From NCBI GenBank assembly GCA_023412695.1, contig JAEYNG010000346.1:1-30153 (forward strand): 30,153 bases of DNA, read 5' to 3'. This document shows positions 1-8,410 of this stretch, in pieces. A program made the position numbers and the translations under genes. Within the stretch, counting starts at the first letter, position 1; the number at the start of each line of letters is the position of its first letter. The notes under the pieces are model-generated. The model was given only the letters and a program-made list of their open reading frames with translations, did not search any database and was not told where the DNA came from. The DNA comes from Planctomycetota bacterium. GTDB taxonomy: Bacteria > Planctomycetota > Phycisphaerae > Phycisphaerales > UBA1924.

Positions 1-876
1 GGCCATCACCGCGTTCACGCGGTTGTGCGCGCCCGGCACGTTGAGCCGCAACCCCGTCGCGAGCACGGCGTCAACGCTCGCGCGATCAACCTGTACGCGC
101 ACCCGCCGAGACAGCGCGCCGTCGGTCCAAATGGCCTCCCCCACGGCCCCCTCGATCACCAGGTCCGATGGTCGCTGCGAGAGAAAAATCTGCTGCTTGC
201 TGCGGGCATAGTGAGCGAACTCGCCGTGCCAGTCGATGTGGTTCGCGCTGATGTTTGTGATCACGCCGATCGTCGGCGACCACCCTTGCGCATCGGCATA
301 CCCCACTCCCGCGCCGAGCCAATGCAACATCGCGCTCGAGAGCTCGAGCACGACCCAGTCCGTCGCCCGGATCTTCGAAAGCTCGCCGAGCAGCGATCCG
401 CCGATGTTGCCGCCGAGGTAGACGTGCTCACCTCCCAGCACGCGCCGGAGGATGTGCGCCGTCATCGTCGTCGTCGTGCTCTTGCCCGCCGAGCCGGTGA
501 TGCCCACGGTCCGCTTTCGCCCGCCGGCGGGCAACCGCTCGACCAACAGCCGGATCTCGGTCGTGATGGGGATGCGTGCCGCCTGGGCCGCCCGCAGGAA
601 CCGGTTGTCCCACGGCTTCGGTACCGCCGGGTTCGCCACCACGATATCGCACGTTGTGAAGTCCGAGACGTTGTGCTCACCCAGACGGAGGGTCACCGAA
701 CCATGGTCGATCAGGTCCTGCACCTTCGCGATCGATTCGGTCAGCTTGTCCGCCGGATCAAGGTCGGTGACCAGCACATCCGCCCCCTGCGAAGCGAGCC
801 AGCGTGTCACGCCGACGCCTCCACCGAAGCGACCAAGGCCCATGACCGTCACCCGCTTGCCGGCGATGTCGAGCAT
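1..876 (-). CDS. murD: UDP-N-acetylmuramoyl-L-alanine--D-glutamate ligase (3' end runs off the window; absent from the ORF track)
   Basis: Manual translation from ATG at 876: MLDIAGKRVTVMGLGRFGGGVGVTRWLASQGADVLVTD...NPAVP...VGITGSAGKSTTTTM...LGGNIGGSLL...VVLELSSAML...TNISANHIDWHG..Y...K...PGAHNRVN. These are the Rossmann motif, P-loop, GGNIG, ELSS and H-x-D-x-H motifs of MurD. The frame is open to position 1. Confidence 0.93.
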   Translation of the reverse strand, partial: MLDIAGKRVTVMGLGRFGGGVGVTRWLASQGADVLVTDLDPADKLTESIAKVQDLIDHGSVTLRLGEHNVSDFTTCDIVVANPAVPKPWDNRFLRAAQAARIPITTEIRLLVERLPAGGRKRTVGITGSAGKSTTTTMTAHILRRVLGGEHVYLGGNIGGSLLGELSKIRATDWVVLELSSAMLHWLGAGVGYADAQGWSPTIGVITNISANHIDWHGEFAHYARSKQQIFLSQRPSDLVIEGAVGEAIWTDGALSRRVRVQVDRASVDAVLATGLRLNVPGAHNRVNAVMA

Positions 877-899
877 GCAATCAGGGTATCGGGGTCGTC

Positions 900-1772
900 T
901 CAATCACGCCCGGCGAGAATCGCTGCAACGAGCGAGGCGAGAAGCGTGCGGGCCACCGGCCCCGGCGCGCCGTTGCCCACCGGGCGGCCGTCGAGCCTTG
1001 TCACGCTCGCGACCATCGTCGTCGTGCCGATCAGCATCACTTCCGCGGCGTCGCGAAGCTCCGACACCCCCACCGTCCGCTCGCGGATCTCGGGGTGCTC
1101 TCGAAGCAGGATCGACCGCGTTACCCCAGCCAGGATCGGCGCGCTCTCCAGCGATGGCGTGCAGACCTCGCCCCCGCGTGTCGCGACTACGACATTCGTC
1201 GCGAGCCCCTCGCCGACGACGCCCTCCTCGCCGCCGCGCAGGAAGATCGCGTCATCCGCGCCCGCAACGTCAGCCTGCATCGCGCTCCAGACGTTCCCCA
1301 TGAGCGAAATCGACTTGAGCCTGCCCTTCTCCCAGCGGATGTCGCGCAGCGTGACCGCGTTCTTCGCCGCGGGAACGCGAAAGCTCTCCAGCGGCGGCTG
1401 CGGAGCGCAATACGCAAACGCCGTCGGCCGCATGCCGGGCGAGGGCACACGCTGCCGCACCGGCATTTCCTTGGTCGGCGTGCCGCGGGTGATCTGCCAA
1501 TACACAAACGCGTCGCGCATGCCGTTGGCAGCAAGCAGTCGCTCCGATGCAGGACCGATCTGCTCCACGTCCCATGCAATGCCCGCTTCGCGCAGGCCGT
1601 CGGCTAGACGCGCTTCATGGCCCCGCAGCCCGACGATGCGTGCCCCGCCCTCCGCCCGCGGCACGGCCCGAAGCCCCTCATACACACCGTCGCCGAAGAG
1701 AAAGCCACGATCGAACACGCTGATGCGTGCCGCGTCACGGGGAAGGAGTTCGCCGTTGAGAAAGACGATCAC
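900..1772 (-). CDS. PLP-dependent class IV aminotransferase, D-amino-acid (D-alanine) aminotransferase-like
   Basis: Motifs ISVFDRGFLFGDGVYEG, YWQITRG, DIRW...LKSISLMGN (catalytic Lys), EGLATN, ILAGVTR, GTTT and PGPVAR. Start set at GTG 1772 (MIVFLNGELL); the ORF track starts at 1787. Confidence 0.85.
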   Translation of the reverse strand: MIVFLNGELLPRDAARISVFDRGFLFGDGVYEGLRAVPRAEGGARIVGLRGHEARLADGLREAGIAWDVEQIGPASERLLAANGMRDAFVYWQITRGTPTKEMPVRQRVPSPGMRPTAFAYCAPQPPLESFRVPAAKNAVTLRDIRWEKGRLKSISLMGNVWSAMQADVAGADDAIFLRGGEEGVVGEGLATNVVVATRGGEVCTPSLESAPILAGVTRSILLREHPEIRERTVGVSELRDAAEVMLIGTTTMVASVTRLDGRPVGNGAPGPVARTLLASLVAAILAGRD

Positions 1773-1812
1773 GCGTGGAGGATACACACGCCCCTGTCGG
1801 TGCTTCGCGGCG

Positions 1813-4290
1813 TCACATCAGCGCGATCGGGTCTACATCGACCGCCGTCTTGGCGTCGCTCTTGAGCAGGCCGCGGGCCCGCGCCCGCATGAGCGCCTCC
1901 TGCACGAGCCCCCTGCGCGGCCCGATGACCTCGACAGACATCCGATGGAACCCGGCGATGCGCGACACGGGACAAAGCATCGGGCCCATAACCGTGACGC
2001 CCCGGTCCTCGCCGGCCTCTTCCCGCAGCGTGTCGGCGATCCCCTGCGCCGCGCTGGTCGCTGCGCGGAGGTCCTCGTCGCGGCAGACGACGCGGGCCAT
2101 GCGCGTCGCCGGGGGCAGGCCGGCCTCCGCGCGGAAGCGAAGCTCCTCCGCCGCGAACGACTCGAAGTCGTGCTTCGCGGCGTGCACAATCGCCGGGGCG
2201 TGGGGTTCGAGCGTCTGGACAATCACGCGGCCGGGCAGTTCGCCCCTGCCCGCGCGGCCGGCGACCTGCGCAACAAGCTGGAAGGTCCGCTCCGCCGCGC
2301 GGAAGTCCGGCAGCGACAGCGCGGTGTCGGCGTTGATCACCCCGACCAACCGGACGTTCGGGAAATCGAGTCCCTTGGCGATCATCTGCGTGCCGACGAG
2401 CACGCGCACGTGCCCCGAGGCGAACCGCTCGAGCATCTCGTGGAACTCGCGCCCGCTCTTCATCGTGTCGCCATCGACACGGACGAGCCAGCCCGGGCCG
2501 ACGCCCGCCGCCGCGAGCACACGCCCGAACTTCGTTTCAAGCTCTTCCTCGACGCGCTGCGTACCCATGCCCAGCAGTTGGATCCGCCCCTCGCACACGG
2601 GACACTTCTCCGGCACCTTCTGCTGCGCAAGGCAATGGTGGCATCGCACGAACCGCTGCGCGGAGGACTCTCCCGCCATCCCGCGGCGGACCTCGCGGAA
2701 GCGGTGCTCGACCATGCACGCGTCGCATTCGCCGCATTGCAGCACGTAACCGCACTTGGGCTCCGAGCACGCGATATAGCACGAGTATCCGCGCCGGTTC
2801 AGCAGCAGGATCGCCTGGCCGCCGTCGCGCAGCGTGTCGCCCAGCGCCCGTTCGAGTGTCGGCCCGAGCATGTGCTCGCGCGGACCGACTTTCACCCCGC
2901 CCGGCGCGAAGTCGCCGCGGAGCATCGAGGAGGCGCGGATCTTCCACTCTTCGCGCAGGTCCACAACCTCGACACGCGGCAGCCGGCCGCCTCCGACCCG
3001 CTCGCGGAGTTGCCACAGCCTGTAGCCGCGGGTGCCCGCATCGTCCCCCGGGGTCTTTGCGGCGTTCTGCCAGCTCTCGAGGCTCGGCGTCGCCGATCCG
3101 AGCACCACCGGGCAGCCCTCGAGCTGCGCACGCTTGATCGCCACGTCGCGCCCGTGGTATCGCGGCAACTGGTCCTGCTTGTAATCGCTCGCATGCTCTT
3201 CATCGACGACGATCAGCCCGAGACTCTCCAGCGGCGCGAACACCGCGGAGCGGGCGCCGATGACGACGCGTGCCCGGCCGTTCGCAGCCGCGGCCCATTG
3301 CGCATGCCGCTGCGAGGCGCTGAGGCCTGAGTGCAGCACGGCGACCCCCGCCGCGCCGGCCTCGCCCACCGCGCCGAACCGCGACTGGAACCGCCCGGCG
3401 GTCTGCGGCGTCAGCGAGATCTCAGGCACCAGCACGAGCGCGGACTTGCCCGCGGCGAGGACCTGTTCGAGCACGCGGAGATACACCTCTGTCTTGCCCG
3501 AGCCCGTCACACCGTGCAGCAGGTGCACGCCGAAGCGCCCGAGCGAGCCGCCGATCCCATCGACCGCGGTCCTCTGCTCGGCCGAGAGGCGGAGGCTCGC
3601 CACGCCGTTATCGCGCTTCTGCTCGATCAGCACCGGATCTGGCGCGCCGCCCACACTGCGCACCTCTTCCCGCTCCACCCAGCGGAGCAGCCCGAGCCCG
3701 ACCAGCCGGTTCAGCGGCCCGACATTCGACGCGCCGATCCTTGCGGCGAGCACGTGCGCGTCGATCGGGAACTCGTCCCGCCCGATCGCCGCGACCGCGT
3801 CCCACGCCTCGCGCGTCTTCTTTGCGAGCTTCAGCTCGACGACCGCAGGCTCAGACTCGGGCTCGACGCGATCGAGCAGTTCGCGCACGACGTGGCCCGT
3901 GCGCCGTTTCACCGCCGCGGGCATCATCGCCGAGAGGACCATGCCCAGCGGGCAGACGTAATAGCCCGAGATCCAGCGGGCCAACTCGACCAACCGCGGC
4001 GGAAGACCGACGCCTACATCCTGCAGGATCGTCTTAACCTTCTCTGGCGCGAAGCCCTCGCACAGCTCCACCCCCCCCACTTCAACCACGATCCCCGCAG
4101 CGGTCGCGTTGCCACGGCCGAGCGGCACCTCGACCCGGCGGCCGGGCTCGATCGGCTCCGCGCTCCGGTAGGTCAGCGCGGCGTCCATCCCCCCTTTGTC
4201 GATGCCCCGCTCGACCGCCACGCGCAGGTACGTCCAGCCGCCCTCGGGAGGCGTGATCAGCGAATCGTCCTGGGCGAACAAGTGAGTCAT
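1813..4290 (-). CDS. priA: Primosomal protein N' (replication restart helicase)
   Basis: LLHGVTGSGKTEVY, LVPEISLTPQ, GARSAVFAP, VDEEH, GSATPSLES, LLLNRRGY, Cys-rich zinc region (C...C, CGEC, CHHC, CPVC), GTQMIAKGLDFPNV, PDFRAAERTFQL, C-terminal DVDP. Confidence 0.97.
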   Translation of the reverse strand: MTHLFAQDDSLITPPEGGWTYLRVAVERGIDKGGMDAALTYRSAEPIEPGRRVEVPLGRGNATAAGIVVEVGGVELCEGFAPEKVKTILQDVGVGLPPRLVELARWISGYYVCPLGMVLSAMMPAAVKRRTGHVVRELLDRVEPESEPAVVELKLAKKTREAWDAVAAIGRDEFPIDAHVLAARIGASNVGPLNRLVGLGLLRWVEREEVRSVGGAPDPVLIEQKRDNGVASLRLSAEQRTAVDGIGGSLGRFGVHLLHGVTGSGKTEVYLRVLEQVLAAGKSALVLVPEISLTPQTAGRFQSRFGAVGEAGAAGVAVLHSGLSASQRHAQWAAAANGRARVVIGARSAVFAPLESLGLIVVDEEHASDYKQDQLPRYHGRDVAIKRAQLEGCPVVLGSATPSLESWQNAAKTPGDDAGTRGYRLWQLRERVGGGRLPRVEVVDLREEWKIRASSMLRGDFAPGGVKVGPREHMLGPTLERALGDTLRDGGQAILLLNRRGYSCYIACSEPKCGYVLQCGECDACMVEHRFREVRRGMAGESSAQRFVRCHHCLAQQKVPEKCPVCEGRIQLLGMGTQRVEEELETKFGRVLAAAGVGPGWLVRVDGDTMKSGREFHEMLERFASGHVRVLVGTQMIAKGLDFPNVRLVGVINADTALSLPDFRAAERTFQLVAQVAGRAGRGELPGRVIVQTLEPHAPAIVHAAKHDFESFAAEELRFRAEAGLPPATRMARVVCRDEDLRAATSAAQGIADTLREEAGEDRGVTVMGPMLCPVSRIAGFHRMSVEVIGPRRGLVQEALMRARARGLLKSDAKTAVDVDPIALM

Positions 4291-4356
4291 GTTCTCTCTG
4301 CAACCGTAACCGATGCGGGCGTCCCGCGCCCGGCGATTGTCCTATGATCCGCTTTG

Positions 4357-5610
4357 ATGCACAACGAAAACGACCTTCCGCCGGGCCGCCTCGCACTCGA
4401 AGATGGGACGGTCTTTTCCGGCCGCGCATTCGGCGCGACGGGGCGGTCCATCTGCCGCACCGCCGAGGTCGTCTTCAACACCGCCATGAGCGGGTATCAG
4501 GAAGCGATCACCGATCCTTCATACGCAGGACAAATCCTTGCGTTCACCTCCCCGCTGATTGGCAATACGGGTGTGAACGAGGAGGATGTCGAATCCGCGA
4601 AGGTGCAGGTCTCGGGAATGGTCGTGCGCGAGCTGGCCCGGGTGCACTCCAGCTTCCGGGCGACGACCGACCTTTCGACCTACCTCGCCAAGGCGGGCAT
4701 CCTCGGGCTGACCGGCATCGACACCCGCGCCCTCACCCGCCGGCTTCGGGTCCGAGGGGTGATGAACGGGGCGATCACGGACGTGCCACGAGAGCAGCTC
4801 TCCGACGAGGCCCTTGTCAATGCGGCGAAATCAGCCCCCGATATGGGTGGGCAAAACCTTGTCCCCCTTGTCGGGTGCACAAACAACAGCACGTGGGCGG
4901 AAACCCTTGGCGACTGGTCGCCAGAGGCAGACCAAGAGCGTAAGAGTAGCAATCGCAAAAAGTTGCGCGTCGTGGCCCTCGATTGCGGGGCCAAGCGCAA
5001 CATTCTCCGCAACCTCGCCGACCGCGGGTGCGAGGTCACCGTCGTACCACACGACGTCTCGGCGGACGAGTTGAAGGCACGGTTCAAGAAGGGCGAAGTA
5101 GACGGGCTGTTTGTCTCGAACGGGCCAGGCGACCCGGCCGCGGTAAAGGCGACAATCGATACCCTGCAACAGGTGGTTGGCGATCCGACGACGACGATCC
5201 CCACTTTCGGGATCTGCCTCGGCCATCAGCTCTTGTCCCTTGCTGTGGGGGCCAAGACTTACAAGTTAAAGTTCGGACACCGGGGACTCAACCAGCCGGT
5301 TTTGAACACCCTATCTGGGCGGGTAGAAATCACGAGCCAGAATCACGGCTTCGCGGTCGATCCAGAATCCCTGAAACAAGTGGGCGGAATTCCGACCCAC
5401 TTCAACCTGAACGACAACACGTTGGCGGGGTTCTGCATGACGGACCGCCCGGTGTTTGCCGTCCAGCACCACCCCGAGGCGTCACCGGGGCCGCACGACG
5501 CGTCCTACCTGTTTGACGCCTTTGTCCAGATGATGACCGACCGCAAGCCGCTCGTCAGCGGGCATCCAAATCCGGGTGCGCCGGTTGAATCCTCCACGAC
5601 ACCGGCCTGA
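4357..5610 (+). CDS. carA: Carbamoyl-phosphate synthase small subunit
   Basis: LALEDGTVFSG, EVVFNTAMSGYQEAITDPSYAGQI, IDTRALTR, SNGPGDP, GICLGHQ (catalytic Cys), KFGHRG, ITSQNHGFAVD, QHHPEASPGPHD. Start is ATG 4357 or TTG 4354. Confidence 0.97.
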   Translation: MHNENDLPPGRLALEDGTVFSGRAFGATGRSICRTAEVVFNTAMSGYQEAITDPSYAGQILAFTSPLIGNTGVNEEDVESAKVQVSGMVVRELARVHSSFRATTDLSTYLAKAGILGLTGIDTRALTRRLRVRGVMNGAITDVPREQLSDEALVNAAKSAPDMGGQNLVPLVGCTNNSTWAETLGDWSPEADQERKSSNRKKLRVVALDCGAKRNILRNLADRGCEVTVVPHDVSADELKARFKKGEVDGLFVSNGPGDPAAVKATIDTLQQVVGDPTTTIPTFGICLGHQLLSLAVGAKTYKLKFGHRGLNQPVLNTLSGRVEITSQNHGFAVDPESLKQVGGIPTHFNLNDNTLAGFCMTDRPVFAVQHHPEASPGPHDASYLFDAFVQMMTDRKPLVSGHPNPGAPVESSTTPA

Positions 5611-5685
5611 ACCGGGCAATACAACCCGATCGGCGTGGTTATTCTGTCGGGTCGGCGTTCGCCGCTCCAACCCAGGAGATTCCGC

Positions 5686-7029
5686 ATGCTTCTGTCGAAT
5701 CGTTCTCTTCGTCTTGCCGCCATTGTCGTTGCCGGGGCCGCGCTCTCGGCCTCGCCTGTCCTTGCCCAGGGCGGCGGGCAACGCGAGGGCGGACGTCAAC
5801 CGCAGGGCCAGCGCGGCGGCGGGGGCGGCGGGATGTTCGGCGGGATGGGGATGGGCGGGTTCGGGCAGATCTACGAGCCGCCGGTGAGCTCGCGAGACCT
5901 CGACAAGTACGCGAAGATCCTGGAACTCGACGCGGAGCAGACCGAGGCGCTCACCGCGCTGCTCGAGGCGAGCCAGCAGGAGTTCAACGAGGCGGCGAAG
6001 GCGGCACGCGAAGAGATGGACAAGCTCCGCGACGAGGCCCGCGAGTCGCGCGATCGCGAGGTTTGGCGCCAGATGGGCGACCAGATGGAGAAGTTCCGCA
6101 AGTCCCGTGAGAAGATGGAGGAAACCTTTTTCTCTGACTTCAAGGCGGTGCTCAACGAGCAGCAGCTCGAGAAGTTCCCGAAGATCGAGCGGCAGCGCCG
6201 GCGTGAACAGACGATCGCCCGCGGCCTGATGAGCGGCGAGCGTGTCGACCTGATCCGGACCGTCGAGGAGCTGAATCTCGCGCCCGAGCAGCTCGCGACG
6301 GTGCAGCCGACGCTCGAGCTCTACGAGGCGGATCTCGACCGCGAGCTGCAGACGCGGAACTCGGTGTACGACGAGAACATGGGCAAGGTCCGCGAGATGT
6401 TCGAGTCGGGCAACATGGACGAGATGCAGAAGGTGCTGGAGCGCGGCCGCGAGGCTTCGAAGCGCGTCCGGGAAGTGAACCGGCGCTACGCCCGACAGAT
6501 TGAGACGATGCTCCCGGCGGAGGCCCAGTCAAAGTTCAGCGACGTGGTTCGCCGCGAGAGCTTCCCGATGATCTACCGGCCGACGCAGGCATCGCGAGCG
6601 ATCGAAGCGGCCCGTGGCTTCACCGATCTCGACGAAAACCAGAAGTCCGCGCTCGCGACCCTGGACGAGAGCTTCACGCGCGAGATGAGTTCACTCAACC
6701 GTCAGCTCGAGCAGGCCACACTGGACCGCGAGGAGAGCGTCACGGCGCAGGACATGATGTCGCGCGGCTGGGGCGGCTTCGGCGGCGATGACGGACCGCT
6801 CGGCGAGCTGCGGCAGAAGCGCCGCGACCTCGACACGACGACCACCGAGAAGCTCCGCGCGTTGCTCACACCGGAGCAGGTCGAGCGCCTGCCGCGGCGT
6901 GAGGATCGTTTCGGGCCGGGCGGCGGCGAGGATCGCGACGGCGGGCGTGACCGTGGGCGGCAGCAGCCACGGCGCAGGCCGGCCGGCGGCGGCGAGGATG
7001 AGACCCCGCCGCCCAACTCGCGGACGTGA
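5686..7029 (+). CDS. Secreted alpha-helical protein with three Spy/CpxP-like (LTxxQ) units
   Basis: AGGAG RBS at 5674-5678 before ATG 5686. Signal peptide ends ...SASPVLA|Q, followed by a Gly/Met-rich N-terminus. Repeated motifs LDAEQ/LNEQQ, LAPEQ/LPAEAQ, LDENQ/LTPEQ. ORF is confident; family call is tentative. Confidence 0.7.
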   Translation: MLLSNRSLRLAAIVVAGAALSASPVLAQGGGQREGGRQPQGQRGGGGGGMFGGMGMGGFGQIYEPPVSSRDLDKYAKILELDAEQTEALTALLEASQQEFNEAAKAAREEMDKLRDEARESRDREVWRQMGDQMEKFRKSREKMEETFFSDFKAVLNEQQLEKFPKIERQRRREQTIARGLMSGERVDLIRTVEELNLAPEQLATVQPTLELYEADLDRELQTRNSVYDENMGKVREMFESGNMDEMQKVLERGREASKRVREVNRRYARQIETMLPAEAQSKFSDVVRRESFPMIYRPTQASRAIEAARGFTDLDENQKSALATLDESFTREMSSLNRQLEQATLDREESVTAQDMMSRGWGGFGGDDGPLGELRQKRRDLDTTTTEKLRALLTPEQVERLPRREDRFGPGGGEDRDGGRDRGRQQPRRRPAGGGEDETPPPNSRT

Positions 7030-7145
7030 TAGTGACCGCGCAGGACGAGGGGCGGGGCTGTCCGGCCGACGGACGCGGAGGACGCATGCGTCTTTATCAA
7101 GATCGCAGGCGTGATTCCAGATCCAGTTCCTCAGGAGCAACTCCC

Positions 7146-8348
7146 ATGTGGTGCACGCGGACCCGCCGCTCGTTCGTCCTTCTCGCAGGCTGCCTTGTCG
7201 CGCTCACAGTCGGCGTCTGCACGCAGCCGGCGCTGGCGCAGCGTGGCGCGGTGTCGGTGGGCATGCGGGCGGGCCTGGGCGGCGGGTTTGCGCCGCCTGT
7301 CTCCAAGGCTGACCTGAAGAAGTTCACCGGGGTGCTCTCGCTCGACGACATCCAGGTCGAGACCGCCGAGCAGCTGCTCGCGGCGATGCAGTCGGAGCAC
7401 GACGTCTACGCCGAGAAGGCCCGCAAGGAGATAGACCGCCTCCGCGTCGAGTTCCAGGACTCGCAGGATCCGACGGTCTTCCGAGACGAGATGCCGAAGG
7501 TCATGCAGGCCTACACCACCGGGGCCGCGGCCGTCGAGAAGCAGTTTTTCGACGATCTGAAGTCGCTGCTCACGCCCGAGCAGGTGGAGAAGTGGCCCAA
7601 GCTCGAGCGGCTGCACCGGCGCGGCAAGAGTTTGCCGAACGGCATGCTCAGCGGCGAGTCGTTGGACCTGATCGCGACGGTCGAGCAGCTCAAGCTGCCG
7701 GAGATCTCCGTCGATCTCGCGGCGGTCCTCGATCGCTACGAGGCCGACCTCGACCGCGCGCTCATCGAGCGCGACAAGGTCCGGCAGGAGCGGATGCCCG
7801 GCGCAGGCGGCAACGGCTTCAACTTTGACTTCGAGCAGATCCGCAAGGACATGGCCGAGCTGCGGAAGGCCGGGCTGGTGGTGTGCGAGGTGAACCAGCG
7901 GTACGCCCGCTCGATCGAGGCGACGCTCCCAGAGGAGCGTCGAACGGAGTTCGCGAGCCAGGTCCGCAAGGAGACCTTCCCGCGGATCTATCGCGACACG
8001 CACACGGGCAAGTGCCTGAAGGCCGCGATGGAGTTCAAGGACCTGACTGATGAGCAGTCGTCTTCGATCCAGGACCTCTTGGCCGGGTACGAGCGGGAGT
8101 TGAAGTCGGTGAACAGCGAGTGGGCCGAGGCACAGCAGGCGCTCGAGGCAGACGGCGGGGGCGATCCGTTTGCGATGTTGATGGGAGGCGGCGAGAACCC
8201 GGCTGTCGCCGACGCTCGCAAGGCCAAGCGCGAGCTCGACAAGAACACGCGTGAAAAGCTCCTGGCGATCCTGAGCGAGGAGCAGATAGAGCGTCTGCCC
8301 GAGCGTGAGGAGGACGGGCCCGGGATGATGTTCCGTATCGGTGGGTGA
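7146..8348 (+). CDS. Paralog of the 5686-7029 protein (secreted, Spy/CpxP-like units)
   Basis: AGGAG RBS before ATG 7146 and signal peptide ...QPALA|Q. Collinear similarity to the upstream gene: PPVSSRDLDKY/PPVSKADLKKF, FFSDFKAVLNEQQ/FFDDLKSLLTPEQ, SGERVDLIRTVE/SGESLDLIATVE, YEADLDR in both, EVNRRYARQIE/EVNQRYARSIE, FPMIYR/FPRIYR. Confidence 0.7.
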   Translation: MWCTRTRRSFVLLAGCLVALTVGVCTQPALAQRGAVSVGMRAGLGGGFAPPVSKADLKKFTGVLSLDDIQVETAEQLLAAMQSEHDVYAEKARKEIDRLRVEFQDSQDPTVFRDEMPKVMQAYTTGAAAVEKQFFDDLKSLLTPEQVEKWPKLERLHRRGKSLPNGMLSGESLDLIATVEQLKLPEISVDLAAVLDRYEADLDRALIERDKVRQERMPGAGGNGFNFDFEQIRKDMAELRKAGLVVCEVNQRYARSIEATLPEERRTEFASQVRKETFPRIYRDTHTGKCLKAAMEFKDLTDEQSSSIQDLLAGYERELKSVNSEWAEAQQALEADGGGDPFAMLMGGGENPAVADARKAKRELDKNTREKLLAILSEEQIERLPEREEDGPGMMFRIGG

Positions 8349-8410
8349 ACGGCCGACTTGGCCGATAAGGAGGATGCCCCGGGCCACGAGCGCCCCGGCA
8401 TGGAGCACGG

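Noticed and set aside
2480..3080. Short insertions in PriA and a CxxxxC first zinc knuckle
   Set aside because: The insertions are small with no intein motifs; likely ordinary lineage-specific loops.
25..3330. 1101-aa plus-strand ORF, and 3331-4347 following it
   Set aside because: Antisense shadow of murD, the aminotransferase and priA. It is Arg/Ala/Pro-rich with no motifs, as expected in high-GC DNA.
7027..7035. Triple in-frame stop TGA-TAG-TGA after the first Spy-like gene
   Set aside because: Real but most likely chance or a simple fail-safe; no further structure.
8366..8401. Perfect TAAGGAGG upstream of gspE with a weak hairpin
   Set aside because: It abuts an out-of-frame ATG with zero spacing and is too far from ATG 8411, which has its own GGAG. 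No supportable function.
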